This document shows, one piece after another, positions 11,669-22,652 of a stretch of 64,000 nt of DNA. The DNA comes from Felis catus (taxonomy: Eukaryota). How positions within the stretch are numbered: position 1 is the stretch's first letter; the number at the start of each line of letters is the position of its first letter. The notes under the pieces were generated by a model. That model was given only the letters and a program-made list of their open reading frames with translations. It was not told the origin of the DNA and searched no databases. The DNA is taken from assembly GCF_018350175.1 (NCBI RefSeq), contig NC_058368.1:226054001-226118000 (forward strand). Direction: 5' to 3'. A program made the position numbers and the translations under genes.

Positions 11669-11992
11669 TGGATTGATTTCTTTTTCACATTTTCATACAG
11701 TTGGTCAAAACAATATAATGCAATCTAAAATTCAATACATAATTGTTAAGTGTATAAAAGCTAGTGGAAATGTATCTGATAATGAGACAGATGGCAAAGG
11801 TTTTTCTTCAAGTAGTTTAAGTATCCCTGGTTCAGTATTTTTTTGTGAGAATGAGACAGAGTTCTGCACCAACACTTTTCTCGTTTTTCACTTTTGTTAA
11901 TATAACTCCTGAGAAACCTTTTCACAGAAATAAGTAGACAAGAATGGAAGGACTTTTGTTCTAGCAATACCACTAAATTCTTTAAATGGTCC

Positions 11993-12082
11993 CCATGATG
12001 CCTCCAGAGGAAGAGCTACTCTTATACTAAAGCTCAGTCCGGCTTAATCATAGGCTGTACCTCCTCCCAGTGCTTTTGAGTT
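11993..12082 (+). repeat. 90-bp dispersed duplicate, copy 1
   Basis: 74/90 ungapped identity to 13572-13661. Confidence 0.9.
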
Positions 12083-12367
12083 ACATGGTAAAAATCAGAG
12101 TGTGTGTATCAAACAACATTTCCCATAATCTATTCGTTGACAGAAGGATTGGTTTCTCCCTTCACTTGTGTTGAAAGCAAGAATTGGAAAAGATCTTTTA
12201 CCCAGTTGCTAGAGTGATTCACTTTCTTAACACCTGTACTGACATTTTGAACTGCCCCTTGGGCAGTGGCAGAGGAGGAGTTACACCTAAAGACAATGAA
12301 GTTAATGAGATTTGAGCTTCCAGAACCTTCACTTGTACCTGCCCCAGCTAATGCCGAGAGTTAGGAG

Positions 12368-12546
12368 CCTTGCTACTTGAAGTACGGTTTGTGACTGAGC
12401 CATACCAGTATCCCCTGACCATGTCCTGGGGATTGTCAAATATGTAGAACTCGGAGCCCATCCAGACCTACTGAATCCTAAATGGATCTACATTTTGCCA
12501 GGTTCCCCAGATGTTCATAGGTTCTTTGAGGTTTGAGAAAACACTG
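12368..12546. mobile_element. MER5-like hAT MITE
   Basis: CCAGACCTACTGAATC..ACATTTT..TCCCCAGATG..GTTTGAGAAAACACTG. Confidence 0.7.
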
Positions 12547-12706
12547 CTGTTGGGTATTCCAGGTTAGGAAGACCAACCAAATTGTAATCAGTTACCATTT
12601 CTGGTAAGTTGTGCAAAGAGATCTCAAAAGAAAAAGGACCCGGATTCCCAAGTCTCTAGTATTTGGTGTGTTTTCTTTGCTCATTTGAAACAAATATTCA
12701 CCTTCT

Positions 12707-12918
12707 GGGGTGCCTGGGTGGCTCAATCGGTTACGCGTCTGACTTCGGCTCAGGTCCTGATCTTACAGTTCGTGGGTTCGAGCCCCGTGTCGGGCTCTGT
12801 GCTGACAGCTCATAGCCTGGAGCCTGCTTCGAATTCTGTGTCTCCCTTTCTCTCTGACCCTCCCCCATTCATGCTCTGTCTCTCTCTGTCTCAAAAATAA
12901 ATAAACATTAAAAAAATG
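12707..12918 (+). mobile_element. Can-SINE (feline)
   Basis: Typical head, CT region and AATAAA tail; diverged TSD at 12687-12705 and 12919-12937. Confidence 0.93.
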
Positions 12919-13571
12919 GAAATAAATCTTCACTTTCAGACTAAATTTTAGGTTTGTAATGTTTTTCTTAAAAGGGACTCTTAATACTGTACAAACTTCA
13001 GGGCTTACCAAACCTGTTGTGTCCTGGCCGGGGGGGGTGGGGGGTGGGGGGGGTGGGCACTGAGAGCAGAGAGTGGGGGAGGAGGTGAGGAAAGATGCAA
13101 AGGGAGAGGAAGCTCAATGGGGAAAAGCACCAGGGCTAAGTGTCAGTGAGGAGGGCCTACTGGAGGTTGGCGATACTGCTTTGGCTGTGTGACCTTTTTT
13201 TTTTTTTTTTAGCAGCTCCTAATGATAGACAGGGTGGGTGCCTTCTTTCTCCACAGGTTCATGGGGTAGATTCAAGAGAAGGAGGAGGAGTGATGAGAAG
13301 ATGGTAGTTTCTTATTTCTCATTTTATCCTCATGACACTTTATGATATGTGAGGGCATACATACGACCACCATTTTAGAGTTGATGCTGAGCCTTGAGTC
13401 AAGTACTTTTCTAAGATGCTACACTGTTCTTGACCCACTTTATCACCTCCCCAGATCCACTTAGCTTTTCCTGCCTCCTGCATCTTAGCCATTTGTTCAG
13501 TGGAGAGATGCATGGACCCTCTAAGCCCAGAGGGGTGGGTGCTCTGGGAGTGTTGGCCTTTGGCACGGCCT

Positions 13572-13661
13572 CCATGATGCCTCCAAAGGAAGAGCCGCTC
13601 TTATGCCAAAGCTCAACCCAGCTTGGCCATAGGCTGTACCTCCTCCCAGCACTTCTGGGCT
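13572..13661 (+). repeat. 90-bp dispersed duplicate, copy 2
   Basis: 74/90 ungapped identity to 11993-12082. Confidence 0.9.
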
Positions 13662-14779
13662 CAGGCGAGCACTGTGCCATAGGCAATGCAGCGGGCCCTC
13701 CAGCAGCTGCCTAGCAGGGTCAGACAGCAGTGTGTGGGAGTCAGCGCCCCAGGGGATGAGACACAGGTAGGCGCTGGAAAACAAACTCCTCTCCCCTCAT
13801 AGATGGTCCTGAGGCTCAGGACTTCTACATGGCCCATCTGGCTGGTGTCCTGGGCTAGGAACCAGCAGCATCTTAATCAGCAGCTGTAGCTGGCTCAGTA
13901 GCATATGTATCACCTTCATTTTGCTTTCTGTTTTCTTCTCTTTCTGAAGGCCTTGGGGTTGTACCTCCTGAGGAGGCCTCAACACACAGCTCTGCCTCAG
14001 TGTTTGCTTTTGGAAGTGCTCTGGACCAGGAGACACTTATTCAGGACACAGGAGAACCAACAATAGAAGTTACCTCATTGTCAAGGATACACTATATGCC
14101 AGGCACTGAGCTGGAATGCAAAGTAAAACAAGAAATATGTGGCCCCTTCCTTCGGGGGGTACAAATCCAGCCTTCCCATCTCCTGGTCCCATGTTCTTTC
14201 TAGAAGACACCATAGTGATTGCAATGGATGATCCGTCTCTAAAGAATGGATGGAAACTCACCAGAAATCTCCTACTGGAGAAAGTTCAAGCCCTCTTGTC
14301 ACACTGCTCAGAACTCATCAGTTTCGTTTTCTGAGTGGATTTTATGTGAAAGTATAGCTTGTTCTTTCTGTGTCTATAGAATAGAAAGAGAGCAGCAAGC
14401 AATATATCCCACAAAAATAATTTATCTCAAATGGGAATTTTTTTCCCTAGAAGATATGCTTTTCATTTACTCCATTGAATCTGACACACCTTGTGGTTAT
14501 CTAGGTTATTAGCCACTCTAATAATGAATGAACACATATCCAGTCCTCTCTTCCCTTGTCTCCTCCATAAATGTCATTATTCATACTTCATTCATTCATT
14601 CGTTTGTTCGTTCGTTCATTCATTCATGTATTCATTCACAGAGAAAGGGTTGTTGTGCTGAATTTAGCAAAATAAAATATTGACTTCTGGTGTAACCTTA
14701 GCCTTTGGTGAAGAGCCAGCAGCCTGTTTTGAGCCATGATATTGACCATTTGGGAGGATGCAAAGTTGGCATAGTATGG

Positions 14780-14900
14780 GCCATAGGGATCCTCACTTTA
14801 CACAGGAGGAAATGGAGTCCCAGGGAGGGTAGAGGGATTCTCCAACACTAGTTAGTGATAGAGCTTGGACTTAGGCATAATCACGCTCTCTTACCATCAT
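14780..14900 (-). mobile_element. MIR relic
   Basis: CCTCACTTTACACAGGAGGAAATGGAGTCCCAGGGAGGG. Confidence 0.55.
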
Positions 14901-16509
14901 GATGTTTGGGGACTATTTTCTTTATCAGAAAAAAACATGTTCTATTTTGATATTCAAGTATTCATCCTCCTACTGCAATCCTCTCTTAAGAGTGAGCAAC
15001 TGGGATGAAGTCTACTTCTCAAAGAAAGGGCCATAACCTTGGAGTTAAATATTTATGAGGAAAGCATTTCTATTTGCAACTGCCACATAAGAATTTGGGA
15101 ACAGCTGCAGGGTCAGGCCGTAGCATATAATGCTTCTTCCCCCACTCCAGCGTCAAAGACAAGATTATCTCTGCTAAATTTTCTAGGTGATTTCCCCTGC
15201 TTTATATTTTGTCCAGATTAAAAATGTCCAGAACACCCTAAATGTAATTTTGCAGAATTGGCAATATTTAATGATGCTAACATCTTGGTAATCATTACTC
15301 TGAAAATATGCACCTAACTGCCTGGCCTGAATAAGGGAAAATGTTTGCCTCATCAGGCTGTTTAGTGGATTTTAAAGTGGATCGATCCACTGGGAAAGAG
15401 TTTATATGAGATTGTTCTGGTTTTTTTTTCTTTAAGTTAATTTTTTTGAAATTTGCTGCATAAGAATAATGAAATGAACTCCAATGAGATTAATTTAGTA
15501 TAATGCTTCCTATAATTAAATCCCAACTTAAGTTCAGTACTGCAAATATGAGTAAGCATCTAAATTAAATCTGTTTTAACTAGGCTCTAATAGTCTAATT
15601 GAAAAATCTATGCTAGAATCAAGTACTCAGGTTTATAGTAAATGAGCATCTCTCATATGACATCACACTGTAAAATGGAAATCTTTAGTAAATTTTGATA
15701 AATATCTAAATACTTTGCCCCCTATATTTTGAATATGTTCTCTCTCCACCCCCTGCAATTTTTAATATTTGCTATTTTAGCTTGAGAATCTGGGGAAATG
15801 GCTCCATGGTTAAATGTGGAGTAGTTAACATAGTCCTACATTTTGGTTTAAGGGACTTAAGTCCTGGTCGCAATTCTACAACAAGACATCTTCTTTACAA
15901 AACCACTTAACCTCGGGTTCATTATCTGTCAAATGAGAGATTTTGTCTACCAGACAATATCTGTGTTTCCTGCCCCATTCAGTCACCAAATGAATATTAG
16001 TCTTTGCTCTAGTATTGGAATGTGCATTTAGCCTTTGCTGTGGTTTTTATTATCACACATTTGGAGATGTTGCCTTAACTACCTTTGAGAAATAGTATTA
16101 CATAAGGAAATCATTTTATAGATACGCATATCAAGTAATTAGTAGTGGTTCTTGAAATCATTCAATGTCAGTCAGATTTTAAACCCTTCAGAAGCGTCCT
16201 ATTCTTAAATTATGGTAATACATATCTTTCCAGGAGACGTTTTCTAAATGAAAGGAATTTTTAAATGTATATAATCGTCTCTAATTAGTGAAGAAAGACA
16301 TCAGGCCTCTTGTGGTTTACAACACCCAAATGAAACACTTAGTCAAGTAGATTGTTTATTTGGAATATACATCAGGACATAGCTTGCAAAGTTTGAAGGT
16401 ATTCAGTCAAAGATTTTGTAATCAAAGACCCCTGAGAGCAAATCTCTCCCTGCCAAATAAAACATGGTAGAAATATTAGATTTGGTCATTTACCAACTGC
16501 ATGAATTAG

Positions 16510-16650
16510 ACAGGATGCATGTTTATATTCCAATTTTACAGAAGAAAAAACTGACCTTCAGAGAGTTTAAGCACCTTGGCCAATTTTACACAGCTCTCCC
16601 ACTGGGATCAAAATCCAGGCCTTTCATTTAGTTACTCTGTTAACTACATC
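16510..16650 (-). mobile_element. MIR relic
   Basis: CCAATTTTACAGAAGAAAAAACTGACCTTCAGAGAGTTTAAGCACCTTGGCCAA. Confidence 0.65.
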
Positions 16651-18408
16651 ACAGATTCCTTTGAGTTGCCTAAAAGGAAAACAAAATTGCACACGGAAGG
16701 TAAGAAATGCCACTTTATTTAAATGGACAAACAGGGTAACAAAACAAAAGCCAACTGCTCTAAGAATCCCAGAGGAATTTGAAAACGTTGTATTCACGTA
16801 ATTTCTCTCACGTATAAGTGCTCTTGCTTCTCTGCCCCTTGTTAGAGACGGAATTTGTTGAAAAGATTGGTTGAAAGAATAATTTTCATAAGGAAGGTTA
16901 AGGCTGGAAGAAGGGAATGGCAGTTTATCAAAGCTCCCCTGTTGAAGGAATTACTTCTTACCTAGAACGTAGGGCAACAGACCATGGACCAGTGAGGTGA
17001 AGACGCCAGCGGGGTTGGTGGTCCTTTGCTGAAGGCTCACAGGGCAATTGAGTAAAACCTGAATAAGAAATAATTTGATTCAAACGTATACAGGTTACAA
17101 CAAAGAGTGGCTAGATACTTAATTATGTGTTCCAAGTCAGAGAAATTATCGACAACCGATGGCAGAACAAATATAAATAGTTTGTTGCATTACAATTTCT
17201 TCAGATAAGAAAAAACAGCTTTCTTTGTATGAATGAATGGTCACACTTGGCATATTTGAATCATCGGTGAACTGGTTATGTAAAAAAGAAATGCAAAGAT
17301 TCCATTTCTTTGTTCTCCTGTGTTGCCTTTGGAGAAAGTATTTTTGGCATTGTAAATGCTTTCTTCAACTATAGGAAGTGTTAACAGAGGTAGGTGTAAG
17401 ATGGTGATTCTCACCCCTTGATGAGCAGTTGGGTCATTCAAAAGGGCAGCCAGAGTGGGGAGCTCCTGCCACGGTGGCAAGGTCATGGGCCTCGATGTCA
17501 GAAGACCTGAGTGTGAGGATCAGTTCCTAAATTTATTAATTTTCTTTAACGAATTTAAAAATATTTGTTTGATTTGATTAACGTGTGGTCTGTAACATTT
17601 GACTTGTAGTCATTTTCCCGGGGTGGTACAAGAGGGCTGCACCTCGTATAATCTGGGGAGAACTTTTCGAGAAAAAGAATAGAAAGATGTCTTACCTTTG
17701 CAAATATTAGAAAACCGTCCAACCAAGTGGACACAAGGCAAGCGTCAAGCGTTTCACAGCAATCCCCGCTCTGGCTTTACCGTCAGATCATTGTCGGTGT
17801 CTGTTACCATCAGGTGTCTCGTTGAAGAGTGGATAAGCGTGCATTCCAGCTTTAAAGAACTTTATGCAGTATCACTATGGCAGCAGGAAAGGGGAAGGAC
17901 AAGGCGTTGGGGGGGGGGCATTTGTAGAGGAGAGGGAGCCTATTCTAAAATTCACGGGCTGAAGGAAGATGGATCCTTGCCGAACGAACAGCGCCACCAT
18001 CATTGGGCCACGTACGTTGAATGCTTTCCCCTGACATTTTATAGTCTAGATACATTCACCGCCAACTTTTTTATTGTTGTTCAAATAGTTTCCTTTGTTA
18101 CTAAAAGAAGTCATCCTTGAAATTACTGTCAGACGTTAGGTATGTACAAGTTGGATCTGGAATAAGGAAGGTTGTTGGCTTACACGGAAATTATAAATTC
18201 ATAAATATAAAATGAAAATCCCCCTTTGGCTCTTTTTATAGCATATCCTTTTCTATATCGTAGAGATCTTATCTATTCATGTGGTTTCAACGGCCACATT
18301 TGTCTTACTTCTCATTTTATGTGTGCCGTGGTTGCACATTTAACTCACGTGCGCATCAAACACAAATGCCAGTTTCCAGTCGTCTCTCTTGAGTGCAAGA
18401 TACATATA

Positions 18409-18602
18409 GGGGCACCTGGGTGGCTCCGTCAGTTGAGTGTCTGACCTCGGCTCAGGTCATGACTCATGGTTCGTGAGTTTGAGCCCTGCATTGGACTCTC
18501 TACTGTCAGCTCAGAGCCTGCTTTGGATCCTTTGTCCCCCTCTCTGTGCCTCTCCCTGGCCTGTGCTCTTTCTCTCTCAAAAATAAAACCTTGGAAAAAA
18601 AA
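18409..18602 (+). mobile_element. Can-SINE
   Basis: TSD AAGATAC(A/G)TATA at 18397-18408 and 18603-18614. Confidence 0.92.
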
Positions 18603-18614
18603 AAGATACGTATA

Positions 18615-19310
18615 AATGCCTACCAGACCTCCACATTTCACCTCGAACCTCCTCCGTTCACAAGTGCAAGCATGGAAGCTACCCAGTCTCCTACCAGGAT
18701 CCCTGTCTTAGTGAAAGACCCACTATCTACACAGCCACCTAAATGGGAGGACTTGGAATCACTTAGACTGCTCCCTCTCCCTCACCCCTGACATCTGATC
18801 AGTCATTGAGTCTCACGGATTCTGTTCCTGTATCAAATATCACCTTCTCTGTCTTTGCACCGTCTCTAGCTTGCATTAGGCTCTCCTCGTCTTGCGCTGA
18901 ACTATTGCAATGTTTGAGGAACAGGTCTACCCCCCGCTTCCAATGCACTAGTAGAGTATTCTTTCTACAGTGCAAAATTCATCATGTTTGCAATCCTGCA
19001 AAAGCCTCCTATTTTTGAAGATAAAATCCTCAAGAGCATATCACATTCAGGATGTGGTCTCGGACTTACCCCTCCTATTACCCCTATTGTCTTTGGTCCA
19101 ATAAGAAAGAACCTGTTGTAGTTCTTTAACAGGCCAGCTTTCTCACTTTTATGCCATTGGTCATGCTGCCCTTCCTGGCTTCTTTGCCAGCTCCTTCTGC
19201 ATATAACACATGTGCATCCTATAGGGCTTAGCATAGGCATCACCTCTTCACAGAAGCTTCCTTGGCTTCTTCCCCCAATATCCAGGCTGAGTTACATGCC
19301 TCTTTGCTGG
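18615..19310 (+). mobile_element. LINE-2 relic
   Basis: Pyrimidine-rich L2-type motifs CTCCCTCTCCCTCACCCC..ATCAGTCATTGAGTC..CATCACCTCTTCACAGAAGCTTCC. Confidence 0.6.
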
Positions 19311-19655
19311 GAATGAGAGAAGAAGTAGAAACAGCAAGTTTCGATAACTCATATGAAAGGGAACAGAAATATGAAGGAGTAACTAGGGTTAAGTAGCTTC
19401 AACTCTACACAGGATAACCGTGACAGAAAACGGTGAACCGTGTCTGAACTCTCCAACTTGATGGCTTCAGCACTGCCCAGCTCAGGAAGAAATCACATGC
19501 ATTGATGCTTCTGACTTGGATTTTTTTGTTTGTTTGTTTGTTCTGATTTAGTTCTATTTCCTCAACGCAACTTTTAAGATTTTTTATGATAGTTATACCA
19601 TTTAGACATGAGGCCAATCGCTAAAACTAGTGCTACTCTTAAAAATCAAAGGGTA

Positions 19656-19870
19656 CGGGTGCCTGGGTGGCTCAGTTCATTGAACATCCGACTCTTGATT
19701 TCAGCTCAGGTCATGATCTCATGGTTCACGGGACTGAGCCTGCATGGGGCTCTGTGCTGACAGCGTGGAGCCTGGTTGGGATTCTCTCTCTCCCCCACTC
19801 TCTCTTTGTTCCCCCGCCACTGGCATACTCATGCTCTCTCTCTCTCTCAAGATACATAAATAAACATTTT
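19656..19870 (+). mobile_element. Can-SINE (host of nested insertion)
   Basis: Outer TSD AAAAATCAAA(GG/CA)GTA at 19641-19655 and 20106-20120. Confidence 0.92.
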
Positions 19871-20087
19871 TATATATATTTTTTAATGTTTATTTATTTT
19901 TGACAGAGAGAGAGACAGAGCATGAGCAGGGGAGGGGCAGAGAGAGAGGGAGACACAGAATCCGAAGCAGGCTCCAGGCTCTGAGCTGTCAGCACAGAGC
20001 CTGACGCAGGGCTCAAACTCACAGACCGCGAGATCGTGACCTGAGCCGAAGTCAGACGCTCAACCGACTGAGCCACCCAGGTGCCCC
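19871..20087 (-). mobile_element. Can-SINE inserted in the tail of the previous SINE
   Basis: Perfect TSD CATAAATAAACATTTT at 19855-19870 and 20088-20103. Confidence 0.95.
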
Positions 20088-20281
20088 CATAAATAAACAT
20101 TTTAAAAAAATCAAACAGTAAAGATAAAAACCGTATTTTGAGCTCTAATACATTTTATAAAATTAATATTATTTCTTCTTTGGTAGAATCCATAAGTGAA
20201 GCCATCTGGGCCTGGAGATTTCTTTGGGAAGGTTTTTGAATACAAATACATATCTTTAATTATTGTAAGTCTATTCAGATA

Positions 20282-20493
20282 TTTTTTAATGTTTATTTAT
20301 TTTTGAGAGAGAGAGAGACAGAGACAGAGCATGAGCAGGGGAGGAGCAGAAAGAGGGAGTCACAGAATCTGAAGCAGGCTCTAGATGCTGAGCTGTCAGC
20401 ACAGAGCCTGATGCGGGGCTCAAACTCGCAAGCCATGAGGTCATGACCTTAGCCAAAGTCATACGCTTAACCGGCTGAGCCACCCAGGCACCC
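20282..20493 (-). mobile_element. Can-SINE
   Basis: Typical reverse-complement structure; no clean TSD. Confidence 0.92.
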
Positions 20494-21342
20494 TGTCTGG
20501 ATTTAGAATAGAAAATAGATTTTAGAATAGACAATAGAAAATAGATTTTCTATTACCTCTTATGTCAGTTTTAGTAATTCGTGGCTTTCAAGTACTTTGC
20601 CCTTTGATCTAAATTGCTAAATATATTGATATAAAGTAGTTCATAAACTTTATTATTCTTTTAATGTCTATAGATCATTATCAATATCTTCTCTTTCATT
20701 CTTGTTATTGGTAACTCATGTTTTCTCTATTCTTATCTTATCAGTCTAATTAGGATGTTTCCCTAGATTCTCAATGAAAGCAATGGCTGTTGATTTTAAT
20801 CCTTTCCTCTTTTTTATATAAGTATGTAGGAATATAGAATTCCCCCAAACACCGCATCCCACAAATTTGGATATGTGGTATTTTCCTTATCATTCATTTA
20901 AGAATATTTTCTACTTCTTCTTTTACCCAGGTCTTAAGACATAGGCTTCTTAATTTCCAAATATTTGGGGATTTTCTGGTATCTATTTTTAAATCATTTT
21001 ATAATTTAACTACTTTGCTGTCAAAGAATATACCCTGTATGGTTTCGATTGAGATTTATTGTAGCTTGTCTTATGGCCCAACATATGGTCTATATTGGTA
21101 AATGCTTCATGATCGTTGGGGAGGAAAAGGGTATTGCGCAAGTGAGGTTAGTTGATAGTACTATTTAAATCTACTGCATGCACATGGCATGTTTTATATA
21201 CTTATTCTGTCTACCTCTGACAAAGGAGGTTTGAAATCTAAAACTTTAAGTGTGAAATTTTCTATTTCTCCCTTCTGTTCCATTAGGTTTTTCATTGTAT
21301 ATTTGGGATTTCTCTGTTTAGGGGTATACACACTTATGATTT

Positions 21343-21528
21343 TAAAGTTTATTTATTTTGAGAAAGAGAGAACATGAGTGGGGGAGTGGCAGAGAGAGAA
21401 TCCCACGCAGGCTCCGTGCTGTCAGTGTAGAGCTCAATTTGGGGCTCGATCTCACGAACCCATAAGATTATGACCTGAGTCGAAATCAAGAGTCAGACGC
21501 TTCACCGACTGAGCCACCCAGGCACCCC
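21343..21528 (-). mobile_element. Can-SINE
   Basis: Head ends GGCACCCC at 21528; diverged TSD (..TTAYGATTTTAA). Confidence 0.9.
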
Positions 21529-21727
21529 ACGTTTACGATTTTAATGGCCTCTTGATGAAATGATCATGTTTCCATTATGAAGTGTCCCTCTTTATCTCTG
21601 ATATTTTTTTTTTGTCCTAAGGTCTAATTTATCTAATATTAACATAGCACCCCAGCATTCTTATGATGAATATTTCAGTGAAATACTTTTTCATCCTTTT
21701 CTCTTTCATAAGCAGCATATTGCTTTT

Positions 21728-21945
21728 TTTTTTTTTTTTTAGAGAGACAGAGAGCCGGAGCACGGGGAAGGGGGTGGGGGGTGGGGGGGTGGGGCAGGAG
21801 CAGAAGAAGAGGGTGAGAGAATCTTAAGAAGTTTCCACGCCCATTGCATGCCTAATGCAGGGCTCAATCTCACAATGGTGAGAGATCATGACCTGAACTG
21901 AAATCAAGAGTTGGGTGCTTAACCAACTGAGGACCCAGGCACCCC
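21728..21945 (-). mobile_element. Can-SINE
   Basis: TSD AG(C/T)ATATTGCTTTT on both sides. Confidence 0.9.
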
Positions 21946-22187
21946 AACAGTATATTGCTTTTTTTGAAAACAAAAAATCCGATCTGATCATTTTTTCCTT
22001 TGATTAGAGTCAGTCCCATTGAATGTAATTATCAGATAAATATGATTGTGTTTAAATATGTTATCTTGTATTTACTCTTTCTGTCCCATTAGATCTTTGT
22101 TCTCTTTTCCTCTTTCCTGCTTTCTTTTGAAAGAAGTTTTATTTATGATTCCATCTTATGCCCTCTGTGAGTTTTTTTAGCTTTGCC

Positions 22188-22188
<1 letters not shown>

Positions 22189-22239
<51 letters not shown>

Positions 22240-22303
22240 TCCTTCCTTCCTTCCTTCCTTCCTTCCTTCCTTCCTTCCTTCCTTCCTTCCTTCCTTCCTT
22301 CCT

Positions 22304-22370
<67 letters not shown>
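22189..22370. repeat. Compound STR (CTTT)13(CCTT)16(CTTT)16
   Basis: Units counted directly. Confidence 0.97.
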
Positions 22371-22547
22371 AAACTAGTTGCCCTTCCGTTTCCTGGGTAT
22401 ATCCTTGACATATCACGGTCTACAGAAATATAAATAAATAAATACATGTTATGTATAAAACATATTATGTGTGTAAGTATACACACACACACACACACTT
22501 ATAGGATATTTTCATCTTTCTGTAATTAAGCAAGAAGAAAGTAATCA

Positions 22548-22652
22548 GGGGCAACGTGCTGGCTCAGTCGGAAGGACATGTGACCCTTGATCTTGGGGTC
22601 ATGAGTTTGAGACCCACATTGGGTGTGAATATTACTAAAAATAAATAAATAA
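22548..22652 (+). mobile_element. Short tRNA-derived Can-SINE
   Basis: GGGGCAACGTGCTGGCTCAGTCGG..GAGTTTGAGACCC followed by an A-rich tail. Confidence 0.8.

Noticed and set aside
14000..14334. Exon-like ORFs following AG sites
   Set aside because: Partly an L2 3'-end relic (ACTATATGCCAGGCACTG); no good donor and no recognisable protein.
17698..18120. 140-aa ORF
   Set aside because: TTG start, no recognisable homology and no supporting splice structure.
22139..22498. KERK/FLSF low-complexity ORFs (also 41744-42154)
   Set aside because: Translations of tetranucleotide STRs.
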